From: Escherichia coli
GTDB taxonomy: Bacteria; Pseudomonadota; Gammaproteobacteria; Enterobacterales; Enterobacteriaceae
Strand: one strand, 5' to 3'
NCBI RefSeq assembly: GCF_013122565.1
Contig: NZ_CP053258.1
DNA length: 64,000 nt
Below are positions 50,467 to 63,610 of this stretch, piece after piece; within the stretch, counting starts at the first letter, position 1, and the number at the start of each line of letters is the position of its first letter. The position numbers and the translations under genes were made by a program. A model generated the notes under the pieces. That model searched no databases. It was not told the DNA's origin and worked only from the letters and a program-made list of their open reading frames with translations.

Positions 50467-51495
50467 ATGGCGCATATTGTAACCCTAAATACCCCATCCA
50501 GAGAAGATTGGTTAACGCAACTTGCCGATGTTGTGACCGATCCTGATGAACTTCTGCGTCTTTTGAATATAGACGCGGACGAAAAACTGTTGGCCGGACG
50601 CAGCGCTAAAAAGCTGTTTGCCCTGCGTGTGCCCCGCTCATTTATCGATCGCATGGAGAAAGGCAATCCGGACGATCCGCTTTTGCGTCAGGTACTTACC
50701 TCGCAAGATGAGTTTGTCGTCGCGCCCGGATTCTCCACCGACCCACTGGAAGAACAGCACAGCGTAGTGCCTGGTTTGTTGCATAAATACCACAACCGGG
50801 CGCTTTTGCTGGTCAAAGGCGGCTGCGCGGTAAATTGCCGTTATTGCTTCCGTCGCCACTTCCCCTATGCCGAAAATCAGGGCAACAAGCGTAACTGGCA
50901 GACTGCACTTGAGTATGTTGCTGCGCATCCGGAACTGGACGAGATGATTTTCTCCGGCGGCGATCCGCTGATGGCGAAAGATCACGAGCTGGACTGGTTG
51001 CTCACACAACTGGAAGCCATCCCGCATATCAAACGTCTGCGGATTCACAGCCGTCTGCCGATTGTGATCCCGGCACGCATCACAGATGCGCTGGTTGAAC
51101 GCTTTGCCCGTTCTACGCTGCAAATCTTGCTGGTGAATCACATCAATCATGCCAATGAGGTAGATGAAACGTTCCGTCAGGCGATGGCTAAATTGCGCCG
51201 TGTCGGTGTCACCCTGCTTAACCAGAGCGTTCTGTTACGTGGTGTGAACGATAACGCACAAACGCTGGCAAACCTGAGTAATGCGTTGTTCGATGCCGGC
51301 GTGATGCCGTATTACCTGCATGTGCTCGATAAAGTACAGGGCGCGGCGCATTTTATGGTGAGTGATGACGAAGCACGGCAGATTATGCGTGAGTTGCTGA
51401 CACTGGTGTCGGGATATCTGGTGCCGAAACTGGCGCGAGAAATTGGCGGCGAACCCAGCAAAACGCCGCTGGATCTCCAGCTACGCCAGCAGTAA
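50467..51495 (+). CDS. epmB: EF-P beta-lysylation protein EpmB (lysine 2,3-aminomutase-like radical SAM)
   Basis: ORF 50467-51495(+), 342 aa; CxxxCxxC radical-SAM motif (CAVNCRYCFRR). Confidence 0.9.
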   Translation: MAHIVTLNTPSREDWLTQLADVVTDPDELLRLLNIDADEKLLAGRSAKKLFALRVPRSFIDRMEKGNPDDPLLRQVLTSQDEFVVAPGFSTDPLEEQHSVVPGLLHKYHNRALLLVKGGCAVNCRYCFRRHFPYAENQGNKRNWQTALEYVAAHPELDEMIFSGGDPLMAKDHELDWLLTQLEAIPHIKRLRIHSRLPIVIPARITDALVERFARSTLQILLVNHINHANEVDETFRQAMAKLRRVGVTLLNQSVLLRGVNDNAQTLANLSNALFDAGVMPYYLHVLDKVQGAAHFMVSDDEARQIMRELLTLVSGYLVPKLAREIGGEPSKTPLDLQLRQQ

Positions 51496-51527
51496 CTGAT
51501 TAAACAGGGAAGTTAAACATTAAAATT

Positions 51528-51627
<100 letters not shown>

Positions 51628-51889
51628 AGAGCAACAAACGCAAGTACAGCAACCTGTCATTAAACTGGGAAGTTTAATCTTTGCCCGTTGCATAACCTTT
51701 AATTATTCATATACATTGCTGTTGTTACTCTTTATATAACCAACACCAATAATTAACCTTTCTTTTCTGTTTATATAGAGTGAGCACGGCTATTTATGTT
51801 ATTTTAACAACTATTACTACCAAGCCCATTTATCTGGCTTATAAATTAAAATTAATTATTTAATTGAGAAATGGTTAGGGAGAACCTAC

Positions 51890-52759
51890 ATGGCCATAAG
51901 CATCAAGGGTGTTAATACTGGTGTTATTCGCAAGAGTAATAATTTCATTGCACTGGCGCTGAAAATTAAAGAACCTCGCAATAAAGAATCGTTGTTCTTT
52001 ATGTCTGTCATGGAACTGCGCGACCTGCTGATTGCGCTGGAAAGTCGTCTGCATCAAAAGCATAAACTGGATGCTGCTGCACGCCTTCAGTATGAGCAAG
52101 CTCGCGATAAAGTCATTAAGAAAATGGCAGAAAACATCCCAGAAATTCTGGTTGATGAGCTTAAAAATGCTGATATTAATCGTCGGGTTAACACGCTGGA
52201 ACTTACCGATAATCAAGGCGAAAATCTTACCTTCGTATTAACGCTACATGACGGTAGCAAATGTGAGTTAGTCGTCAATGAGTTGCAGATTGAAATGCTG
52301 GCGCGAGCAATCATTCATGCAATTAATAATGCGGAAATGCGCGAACTGGCATTACGTATTACCTCACTGTTAGATTTCCTGCCGTTATACGACGTTGACT
52401 GCCAGGAAAATGGCAATCTGGAATATGACACCTATTCCCAACCGGAATGGAAACATAACTTGTTCGACCATTATCTGGCGGTGCTTTACCGCTTTAAAGA
52501 TGAAAGTGGCAAAGAACAATTTAGCGGCGCAGTGGTGAAAACGCGTGAAGCAACGCCGGGTAAAGAAGTAGAAGCGATCACTCGCCGAATGCTTGATTTC
52601 AGCCCCCGACTGAAAAAACTCGCGGGTGTGCCATGTCAGGTCTATGTTCGCACCGTAGCGGCAAATAACGCCCAACCGCTAACCCAGGATCAATGCTTAC
52701 GCGCGCTGCATCACTTACGTGTTCAATCCACCAGCAAAACTGCACCACAGGCGAAATAA
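51890..52759 (+). CDS. yjeJ: uncharacterised protein YjeJ
   Basis: ORF 51890-52759(+), 289 aa; strongly AT-rich gene and upstream region, bracketed by REP clusters. Confidence 0.8.
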   Translation: MAISIKGVNTGVIRKSNNFIALALKIKEPRNKESLFFMSVMELRDLLIALESRLHQKHKLDAAARLQYEQARDKVIKKMAENIPEILVDELKNADINRRVNTLELTDNQGENLTFVLTLHDGSKCELVVNELQIEMLARAIIHAINNAEMRELALRITSLLDFLPLYDVDCQENGNLEYDTYSQPEWKHNLFDHYLAVLYRFKDESGKEQFSGAVVKTREATPGKEVEAITRRMLDFSPRLKKLAGVPCQVYVRTVAANNAQPLTQDQCLRALHHLRVQSTSKTAPQAK

Positions 52760-52828
52760 TCTCATCTTTGCTAATGCGAGGCTGGAGCCATCCAGCCTGA
52801 AATGACTGATAACGTGATCGTTGGTCAT

Positions 52829-52928
<100 letters not shown>

Positions 52929-52960
52929 ATATACGTTTGTCACCCTGCCTCTGGATCCCA

Positions 52961-53314
52961 TCAGTTCGGGCACTTATATACCTGACCGATAATCTGGCTA
53001 TCCGTCGGGACAAAACTGGACAACATTCCCTGCGACGGGCTGCTGATGCCATAAATCACGTTACCGCCCATTGCAGCCGCCTGGTTGCGCAGATCGTTTG
53101 CTGCGCCGCGCATAGAACCGCCTTCTTCTCCGTGTTGCCCGGAAAGCCAGTTGCTTTGCTTACCTGTCGCAGTACCAATCAGCTGGCACTCTGCGCCTGG
53201 CTGCTCGTCCACAATGCGTACACTCTGACCGGCAGCACTCAATTCGTTGCTGGAGCTACAACCCGCCATCAGTAGCGCGGCACCGACAATCCCTGCTAAG
53301 TATTTTACGTGCAT
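52961..53314 (-). CDS. yjeI: DUF4156 lipoprotein
   Basis: ORF track 52961-53347(-); start placed at MHVKYLAGIVGAALLMAGCSS (117 aa); lipobox LMAGC. Confidence 0.8.
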   Translation of the reverse strand: MHVKYLAGIVGAALLMAGCSSSNELSAAGQSVRIVDEQPGAECQLIGTATGKQSNWLSGQHGEEGGSMRGAANDLRNQAAAMGGNVIYGISSPSQGMLSSFVPTDSQIIGQVYKCPN

Positions 53315-53451
53315 GTTATTCCCCATAATCAATGAGCTGGACGCCACTCGCGTCGTCCGTGTCTAAATCTTATACTAGAAAGATGACCAAAAGAAAAACC
53401 CCCAGACATTTCTGCCCGGGGGTTTGTTTATTTCTGCGAGGTGCAGGGCAA

Positions 53452-55110
<1,659 letters not shown>

Positions 55111-55141
55111 TTAAATTCGTATGTTCAGTGTCGTGCGCGGA

Positions 55142-55486
<345 letters not shown>

Positions 55487-55515
55487 TTACGTGGTTTCCC
55501 GGCTGGTGACCAGAG

Positions 55516-55544
55516 AAATGGGGATGAGGCTTCGCCCCTTCAAG
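55516..55544 (-). promoter_or_regulatory. sigma-32 heat-shock promoter of groSL
   Basis: Minus strand reads cccccTTGAAggggcgaagcctcatCCCCATTTctc: CTTGAA -35 and CCCCATTT -10 elements about 80 nt upstream of groS. Confidence 0.75.
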
Positions 55545-55710
55545 GGGGAAAAAGAAAAAAAATTCTGATCAGCACAAAATCGGGTGAAAACCCTGATTCA
55601 CCTCACATTTCATCGCAATTTCTTCATCGCCGTCATAAGCGAATCTGATTGTGCTACCATCGAAAATCTACGCAGTTGCCCAAAATTTGGGCGCAATCGG
55701 ACATCAACCC

Positions 55711-56967
55711 ATGAGTGGACTCAAACAAGAACTGGGGCTGGCCCAGGGCATTGGCCTGCTATCGACGTCATTATTAGGCACTGGCGTGTTTGCCGTTCCT
55801 GCGTTAGCTGCGCTGGTAGCGGGCAATAACAGCCTGTGGGCGTGGCCCGTTTTGATTATCTTAGTGTTCCCGATTGCGATTGTGTTTGCTATTCTGGGTC
55901 GCCACTATCCCAGCGCAGGCGGCGTCGCGCACTTCGTCGGTATGGCGTTTGGTTCGCGGCTTGAGCGAGTCACCGGCTGGCTGTTTTTATCAGTCATTCC
56001 CGTGGGTTTGCCCGCCGCACTACAAATTGCTGCCGGATTCGGCCAGGCAATGTTTGGCTGGCATAGCTGGCAACTGTTGTTGGCAGAACTCGGTACGCTG
56101 GCGTTGGTGTGGTATATCGGTACTCGCGGTGCCAGTTCCAGTGCTAATCTACAAACCGTTATTGCCGGACTTATCGTCGCACTGATTGTCGCTATCTGGT
56201 GGGCGGGCGATATCAAACCTGCGAGTATCCCCTTCCCTGCGCCAGGAAATATCGAACTTACCGGGTTATTTGCTGCGTTATCAGTGATGTTCTGGTGTTT
56301 TGTCGGTCTTGAAGCATTTGCCCATCTTGCCTCGGAATTTAAAAATCCAGAACGTGATTTTCCTCGTGCTTTGATGATTGGTCTGCTGCTGGCAGGATTA
56401 GTCTACTGGGGCTGTACGGTAGTCGTCTTACACTTCGACGCCTATGGTGAACAAATGGCCGCGGCAGCATCGCTTCCAAAAATTGTAGTGCAACTGTTCG
56501 GTGTAGGAGCGTTATGGATTGCCTGCGTAATTGGCTATCTGGCCTGCTTTGCCAGTCTCAACATTTATATACAGAGCTTCGCCCGCCTGGTCTGGTCGCA
56601 GGCGCAACATAATCCTGACCACTACCTGGCACGCCTCTCTTCTCGCCATATCCCGAATAATGCCCTCAATGCGGTGCTCGGCTGCTGCGTGGTGAGCACG
56701 CTGGTGATTCATGCTTTAGAGATCAATCTGGACGCTCTTATTATTTATGCCAATGGCATCTTTATTATGATTTATCTGTTATGCATGCTGGCAGGCTGTA
56801 AATTATTGCAAGGACGTTATCGACTACTGGCGGTGGTTGGCGGGCTGTTATGCGTTCTGTTACTGGCAATGGTCGGCTGGAAAAGTCTCTATGCGCTGCT
56901 CATGCTGGCGGGGTTATGGCTGTTTTTGCCAAAACGAAAAACGCCGGAAAATGGCATAACCACATAA
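55711..56967 (+). CDS. yjeH: APC-superfamily amino acid exporter (methionine / branched-chain amino acids)
   Basis: ORF track 55651-56967(+); start placed at MSGLKQELGLAQGIG (418 aa). Confidence 0.85.
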   Translation: MSGLKQELGLAQGIGLLSTSLLGTGVFAVPALAALVAGNNSLWAWPVLIILVFPIAIVFAILGRHYPSAGGVAHFVGMAFGSRLERVTGWLFLSVIPVGLPAALQIAAGFGQAMFGWHSWQLLLAELGTLALVWYIGTRGASSSANLQTVIAGLIVALIVAIWWAGDIKPASIPFPAPGNIELTGLFAALSVMFWCFVGLEAFAHLASEFKNPERDFPRALMIGLLLAGLVYWGCTVVVLHFDAYGEQMAAAASLPKIVVQLFGVGALWIACVIGYLACFASLNIYIQSFARLVWSQAQHNPDHYLARLSSRHIPNNALNAVLGCCVVSTLVIHALEINLDALIIYANGIFIMIYLLCMLAGCKLLQGRYRLLAVVGGLLCVLLLAMVGWKSLYALLMLAGLWLFLPKRKTPENGITT

Positions 56968-56982
56968 TCCGGCGTTTCGACA

Positions 56983-57459
56983 TTAATCCTGGCGATCGTC
57001 TTTATGATCAAGGCGGTCGCGGTCATCATCCTTTCGCTGGTACTCACCATCAAAAGTATTACCGCCACCGGTCCCGGCGCTAAAACCGCCGCCTGGCATG
57101 CGAGAAAAGCGCAAATGCGGCATCAACTTCACTGTCAGATGCTTTTGCACCGGCGGTAATAAAAGCAGAAGACCGAGGAAGTCGGTGAAAAAGCCCGGTA
57201 ATAAAAGCAGCAAACCGGCAATGATCAGCGAAACACTTTTAATCATCTCCGCCGCTGGATTTTCACCCGCCGCCATTTTTTGCTGCATCAGCACGAAATT
57301 CTTAAAGCCCTGGTTACGTACCAGTGACATACCGATAACTGACGTGAATATAACCAGCACGAGGGTCAGCAATACCCCCAATACATGGGCAACCTGAATA
57401 AAGATTGAAATCTCAATATAGACATAAAGGAAAATGGCAATAAAAGGTAACCAGCGCAA
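56983..57459 (-). CDS. fxsA: inner-membrane protein FxsA
   Basis: ORF 56983-57459(-), 158 aa; Asp/Arg-rich C-terminal tail. Confidence 0.9.
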   Translation of the reverse strand: MRWLPFIAIFLYVYIEISIFIQVAHVLGVLLTLVLVIFTSVIGMSLVRNQGFKNFVLMQQKMAAGENPAAEMIKSVSLIIAGLLLLLPGFFTDFLGLLLLLPPVQKHLTVKLMPHLRFSRMPGGGFSAGTGGGNTFDGEYQRKDDDRDRLDHKDDRQD

Positions 57460-57795
57460 AGGTTTCTCCTGTAATAGCAGCCGGTAAAACCCGGCTACCT
57501 GAATGGGTTGCGAATCGCGTTCAGCTTATATTGTGGTCATTAGCAAAATTTCAAGATGTTTGCGCAACTATTTTTGGTAGTAATCCCAAAGCGGTGATCT
57601 ATTTCACAAATTAATAATTAAGGGGTAAAAACCGACACTTAAAGTGATCCAGATTACGGTAGAAATCCTCAAGCAGCATATGATCTCGGGTATTCGGTCG
57701 ATGCAGGGGATAATCGTCGGTCGAAAAACATTCGAAACCACATATATTCTGTGTGTTTAAAGCAAATCATTGGCAGCTTGAAAAAGAAGGTTCAC

Positions 57796-59232
57796 ATGTC
57801 AAACAACATTCGTATCGAAGAAGATCTGTTGGGTACCAGGGAAGTTCCAGCTGATGCCTACTATGGTGTTCACACTCTGAGAGCGATTGAAAACTTCTAT
57901 ATCAGCAACAACAAAATCAGTGATATTCCTGAATTTGTTCGCGGTATGGTAATGGTTAAAAAAGCCGCAGCTATGGCAAACAAAGAGCTGCAAACCATTC
58001 CTAAAAGTGTAGCGAATGCCATCATTGCCGCATGTGATGAAGTCCTGAACAACGGAAAATGCATGGATCAGTTCCCGGTAGACGTCTACCAGGGCGGCGC
58101 AGGTACTTCCGTAAACATGAACACCAACGAAGTGCTGGCCAATATCGGTCTGGAACTGATGGGTCACCAGAAAGGTGAATATCAGTACCTGAACCCGAAC
58201 GACCATGTTAACAAATGTCAGTCCACTAACGACGCCTACCCGACCGGTTTCCGTATCGCAGTTTACTCTTCCCTGATTAAGCTGGTAGATGCGATTAACC
58301 AACTGCGTGAAGGCTTTGAACGTAAAGCTGTCGAATTCCAGGACATCCTGAAAATGGGTCGTACCCAGCTGCAGGACGCAGTACCGATGACCCTCGGTCA
58401 GGAATTCCGCGCTTTCAGCATCCTGCTGAAAGAGGAAGTGAAAAATATCCAACGTACCGCTGAACTGCTGCTGGAAGTTAACCTTGGCGCAACAGCAATC
58501 GGTACTGGTCTGAACACGCCGAAAGAGTACTCTCCGCTGGCAGTGAAAAAACTGGCTGAAGTCACTGGCTTCCCATGCGTACCGGCTGAAGACCTGATCG
58601 AAGCGACCTCTGACTGCGGCGCTTATGTTATGGTTCACGGCGCGCTGAAACGCCTGGCTGTGAAGATGTCCAAAATCTGTAACGACCTGCGCTTGCTCTC
58701 TTCTGGTCCACGTGCCGGCCTGAACGAGATCAACCTGCCGGAACTGCAGGCGGGCTCTTCCATCATGCCAGCTAAAGTAAACCCGGTTGTTCCGGAAGTG
58801 GTTAACCAGGTATGCTTCAAAGTCATCGGTAACGACACCACTGTTACCATGGCAGCAGAAGCAGGTCAGCTGCAGTTGAACGTTATGGAGCCGGTCATTG
58901 GCCAGGCTATGTTCGAATCCGTTCACATTCTGACCAACGCTTGCTACAACCTGCTGGAAAAATGCATTAACGGCATCACTGCTAACAAAGAAGTGTGCGA
59001 AGGTTACGTTTACAACTCTATCGGTATCGTTACTTACCTGAACCCGTTCATCGGTCACCACAACGGTGACATCGTGGGTAAAATCTGTGCCGAAACCGGT
59101 AAGAGTGTACGTGAAGTCGTTCTGGAACGCGGTCTGTTGACTGAAGCGGAACTTGACGATATTTTCTCCGTACAGAATCTGATGCACCCGGCTTACAAAG
59201 CAAAACGCTATACTGATGAAAGCGAACAGTAA
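57796..59232 (+). CDS. aspA: aspartate ammonia-lyase
   Basis: ORF track 57751-59232(+); start placed at [17 protein letters not shown] (478 aa); [10 protein letters not shown] fumarase/aspartase signature. Confidence 0.95.
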
Positions 59233-59247
59233 TCGTACAGGGTAGTA

Positions 59248-59278
59248 CAAATAAAAAAGGCACGTCAGATGACGTGCC
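59248..59278 (+). terminator. aspA rho-independent terminator
   Basis: aaggcacgtca-gat-gacgtgcctt hairpin followed by tttttc, 15 bp after the aspA stop. Confidence 0.75.
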
Positions 59279-59349
59279 TTTTTTCTTGTGAGCAGTAACT
59301 TAAAAATAACAATCTAATATCAACTTGTTAAAAAACAAGGAAGGCTAAT

Positions 59350-60651
59350 ATGCTAGTTGTAGAACTCATCATAGTTTTGCTGGCGATCTTCTTGGGCGCC
59401 AGATTGGGGGGAATAGGTATTGGTTTTGCAGGCGGATTGGGGGTGCTGGTTCTTGCCGCTATTGGCGTTAAACCCGGTAACATCCCGTTCGATGTCATTT
59501 CCATTATCATGGCGGTTATCGCCGCTATTTCTGCCATGCAGGTTGCTGGCGGTCTGGACTATCTGGTTCATCAGACAGAAAAGCTGCTGCGCCGTAACCC
59601 GAAATACATCACGATCCTCGCACCGATCGTGACCTATTTCCTGACTATCTTTGCTGGTACTGGCAACATCTCTCTGGCGACACTGCCAGTTATCGCTGAA
59701 GTTGCGAAGGAACAAGGCGTTAAACCTTGCCGTCCGCTGTCTACTGCAGTGGTATCCGCGCAGATTGCGATCACCGCATCGCCAATCTCAGCGGCAGTGG
59801 TTTACATGTCTTCCGTGATGGAAGGTCATGGCATCAGCTACCTCCATCTGCTCTCCGTGGTCATCCCGTCCACCCTGCTGGCGGTTCTGGTGATGTCCTT
59901 CCTGGTCACTATGCTGTTCAACTCCAAACTCTCTGACGATCCGATTTATCGCAAGCGTCTGGAAGAGGGCCTGGTTGAACTGCGCGGTGAAAAGCAGATT
60001 GAAATCAAATCCGGTGCAAAAACGTCCGTCTGGCTGTTCCTGCTGGGCGTAGTTGGCGTGGTTATCTATGCAATCATCAACAGCCCAAGCATGGGTCTGG
60101 TTGAAAAACCGCTGATGAACACCACCAACGCAATCCTGATCATCATGCTCAGCGTTGCAACTCTGACCACCGTTATCTGTAAAGTTGATACCGACAACAT
60201 CCTCAACTCCAGCACCTTCAAAGCAGGTATGAGCGCCTGTATTTGTATCCTGGGTGTTGCGTGGCTGGGCGATACTTTCGTTTCCAACAACATCGACTGG
60301 ATCAAAGATACCGCTGGTGAAGTGATTCAGGGTCATCCGTGGCTGCTGGCCGTCATCTTCTTCTTTGCTTCTGCTCTGCTGTACTCTCAGGCCGCAACCG
60401 CAAAAGCACTGATGCCGATGGCTCTGGCACTGAACGTTTCTCCGCTGACCGCTGTTGCTTCTTTCGCTGCGGTGTCTGGTCTGTTCATTCTGCCGACCTA
60501 CCCGACGCTGGTTGCTGCGGTACAGATGGATGACACGGGTACAACTCGTATCGGTAAATTCGTCTTCAACCATCCGTTCTTCATCCCGGGTACTCTGGGT
60601 GTTGCCCTGGCCGTTTGCTTCGGCTTCTTGCTGGGTAGCTTCATGCTGTAA
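59350..60651 (+). CDS. dcuA: anaerobic C4-dicarboxylate transporter DcuA
   Basis: ORF 59350-60651(+), 433 aa; polytopic membrane protein directly downstream of aspA. Confidence 0.95.
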   Translation: MLVVELIIVLLAIFLGARLGGIGIGFAGGLGVLVLAAIGVKPGNIPFDVISIIMAVIAAISAMQVAGGLDYLVHQTEKLLRRNPKYITILAPIVTYFLTIFAGTGNISLATLPVIAEVAKEQGVKPCRPLSTAVVSAQIAITASPISAAVVYMSSVMEGHGISYLHLLSVVIPSTLLAVLVMSFLVTMLFNSKLSDDPIYRKRLEEGLVELRGEKQIEIKSGAKTSVWLFLLGVVGVVIYAIINSPSMGLVEKPLMNTTNAILIIMLSVATLTTVICKVDTDNILNSSTFKAGMSACICILGVAWLGDTFVSNNIDWIKDTAGEVIQGHPWLLAVIFFFASALLYSQAATAKALMPMALALNVSPLTAVASFAAVSGLFILPTYPTLVAAVQMDDTGTTRIGKFVFNHPFFIPGTLGVALAVCFGFLLGSFML

Positions 60652-60766
60652 TGACCAATCGCGGGGCGTTCACGCCCCGCTTTCTTTCCCGCCGACTAAC
60701 ATCCTTCCCCCGTCCGTTGTATAGTGACCTCTCTCTTGCGGTTCCATCTGTTCTTGCGAGGTGTTT

Positions 60767-61105
60767 ATGCTTGATGAAAAAAGTTCGAATACCGCGTCTG
60801 TCGTGGTGCTATGTACCGCACCGGATGAAGCGACAGCCCAGGATTTAGCCGCCAAAGTGCTGGCGGAAAAACTGGCGGCCTGCGCGACCTTGATCCCCGG
60901 CGCTACCTCTCTCTATTACTGGGAAGGTAAGCTGGAGCAAGAATACGAAGTGCAGATGATTTTAAAAACTACCGTATCTCACCAGCAGGCACTGCTGGAA
61001 TGCCTGAAGTCTCATCATCCATATCAAACCCCGGAACTTCTGGTTTTACCTGTTACACACGGAGACACAGATTACCTCTCATGGCTCAACGCATCTTTAC
61101 GCTGA
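60767..61105 (+). CDS. cutA: divalent-cation tolerance protein CutA
   Basis: ORF track 60761-61105(+); start placed at [21 protein letters not shown] (112 aa). Confidence 0.9.
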
Positions 61106-62778
61106 TCCTGCTACTTTGCAGCACTTCCGTTTTTGCCGGATTATTCGACGTGCCGGGACGTTCACAATTTGTCCCCGCGGATCAAGCCTTTGCTTTTGAT
61201 TTTCAGCAAAACCAACATGACCTGAATCTGACCTGGCAGATCAAAGACGGTTACTACCTCTACCGTAAACAGGTCCGCATTACGCCGGAACACGCGAAAA
61301 TTGCCGACGTGCAGCTGCCGCAAGGCGTCTGGCATGAAGATGAGTTTTACGGCAAAAGCGAGATTTACCGCGATCGGCTGACGCTTCCCGTAACCATCAA
61401 CCAGGCGAGTGCGGGAGCGACGTTAACTGTCACCTACCAGGGCTGTGCTGATGCCGGTTTCTGTTATCCGCCAGAAACCAAAACCGTTCCGTTAAGCGAA
61501 GTGGTCGCCAACAACGCAGCGTCACAGCCTGTGTCTGTTCCGCAGCAAGAGCAGCCCACCGCGCAATTGCCCTTTTCCGCGCTCTGGGCGTTGTTGATCG
61601 GTATTGGTATCGCCTTTACGCCATGCGTGCTGCCAATGTACCCACTAATTTCTGGCATCGTGCTGGGCGGTAAACAGCGGCTTTCCACTGCCAGGGCATT
61701 GTTGCTGACCTTTATTTATGTGCAGGGGATGGCGCTGACTTACACGGCACTGGGTCTGGTGGTTGCCGCCGCAGGGTTACAGTTCCAGGCGGCGCTACAG
61801 CACCCATACGTGCTCATTGGCCTCGCCATCGTCTTTACCTTGCTGGCGATGTCAATGTTTGGCTTGTTTACTCTGCAACTCCCCTCTTCGCTGCAAACGC
61901 GCCTCACGCTGATGAGCAATCGCCAACAGGGCGGCTCACCTGGCGGTGTGTTTATTATGGGGGCGATTGCCGGACTGATCTGTTCACCATGCACCACCGC
62001 ACCGCTTAGCGCGATTCTGCTGTATATCGCCCAAAGCGGAAACATGTGGCTGGGCGGCGGCACGCTTTATCTCTATGCGTTGGGCATGGGCCTGCCGCTG
62101 ATGCTAATTACCATCTTTGGTAACCGCTTGCTGCCGAAAAGCGGCCCGTGGATGGAACAAGTCAAAACCGCGTTTGGTTTTGTGATCCTCGCACTGCCGG
62201 TCTTCCTGCTGGAGCGAGTGATTGGTGATATATGGGGATTACGCTTGTGGTCGGCGCTTGGTGTCGCCTTCTTTGGCTGGGCCTTTATCACCAGCCTACA
62301 GGCCAAACGCGGCTGGATGCGCGTGGTGCAAATAATCCTGCTGGCAGCGGCATTGGTTAGCGTACGCCCACTTCAGGATTGGGCATTTGGTGCGACGCAT
62401 ACCGCGCAAACTCAGACGCATCTCAACTTTACGCAAATAAAAACGGTAGATGAGTTAAATCAGGCGCTCGTTGAAGCCAAAGGCAAACCGGTGATGTTAG
62501 ATCTCTATGCCGACTGGTGCGTCGCCTGTAAAGAGTTTGAGAAATACACCTTCAGCGACCCGCAGGTGCAAAAAGCGTTAGCAGACACGGTCTTACTTCA
62601 AGCCAACGTCACTGCTAACGACGCCCAAGATGTGGCGCTGTTAAAGCATCTTAATGTCCTTGGCCTACCGACAATTCTCTTTTTTGACGGACAAGGCCAG
62701 GAGCATCCACAAGCACGCGTCACGGGCTTTATGGATGCTGAAACCTTCAGCGCACATTTGCGCGATCGCCAACCGTGA
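61081..62778 (+). CDS. dsbD: thiol:disulfide interchange protein DsbD
   Basis: ORF track 61000-62778(+); start placed at [19 protein letters not shown] (565 aa); C-terminal thioredoxin CVAC motif; overlaps cutA by 25 nt. Confidence 0.9.
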
Positions 62779-62814
62779 ACGACACTTGCAGTGGGAAAGA
62801 CGGAGGAAAATAGC

Positions 62815-63390
62815 GTGCAACGTGAAGATGTACTGGGAGAAGCCCTGAAATTATTAGAATTACAAGGGATTGCCAACACCACGCTGGAGATGGTTGCTGA
62901 ACGTGTGGATTATCCACTGGACGAGCTGCGCCGCTTCTGGCCAGACAAAGAGGCAATCCTCTACGATGCGCTGCGTTATCTTAGCCAACAGATAGATGTC
63001 TGGCGTCGTCAGCTGATGCTGGACGAAACGCAAACCGCCGAACAAAAGCTGCTGGCACGTTATCAGGCGTTATCGGAGTGCGTTAAAAACAACCGCTATC
63101 CGGGCTGTCTATTTATCGCTGCCTGTACGTTTTATCCCGATCCTGGCCACCCTATTCATCAACTGGCCGATCAGCAAAAAAGCGCGGCCTACGATTTCAC
63201 CCACGAACTGTTAACCACGCTGGAAGTTGACGATCCGGCGATGGTAGCAAAGCAGATGGAACTGGTGCTGGAAGGCTGTTTAAGCCGAATGCTGGTGAAT
63301 CGTAGCCAGGCGGATGTCGACACCGCACATCGGCTGGCGGAAGATATCCTGCGCTTCGCCCGCTGCCGCCAGGGTGGCGCACTGACCTGA
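62815..63390 (+). CDS. yjdC: TetR-family transcriptional regulator
   Basis: ORF track 62791-63390(+); GTG at 62815 lies 8 nt behind a ggagg SD ([14 protein letters not shown], 191 aa); start choice uncertain. Confidence 0.75.
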
Positions 63391-63496
63391 CAGAAACACA
63401 GAAAAGAAGCGATTTGCCGCAATCTTAAGCAGTTGAATCGCTTTTACTGAAATTAGGTTGACGAGATGTGCAGATTACGGTTTAATGCGCCCCGTT

Positions 63497-63572
63497 GCCC
63501 GGATAGCTCAGTCGGTAGAGCAGGGGATTGAAAATCCCCGTGTCCTTGGTTCGATTCCGAGTCCGGGCACCA
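63497..63572 (+). tRNA. pheU: tRNA-Phe (GAA)
   Basis: 76-nt GCCCGGATAGCTCAGTCGGTAGAGCAGGGGATTGAAAATCCCCGTGTCCTTGGTTCGATTCCGAGTCCGGGCACCA with GAA anticodon and encoded CCA. Confidence 0.95.
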
Positions 63573-63583
63573 AATTCATATAA

Positions 63584-63610
63584 ACGGACCTCCACGGAGG
63601 TCCGTTTTTC
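63584..63610 (+). terminator. pheU rho-independent terminator
   Basis: cggacctcc-acg-gaggtccg hairpin followed by ttttt, 12 bp after the tRNA 3' end. Confidence 0.75.

Noticed and set aside
57799..59250. 483-aa minus-strand ORF
   Set aside because: Antisense to aspA across its full length; shadow ORF.
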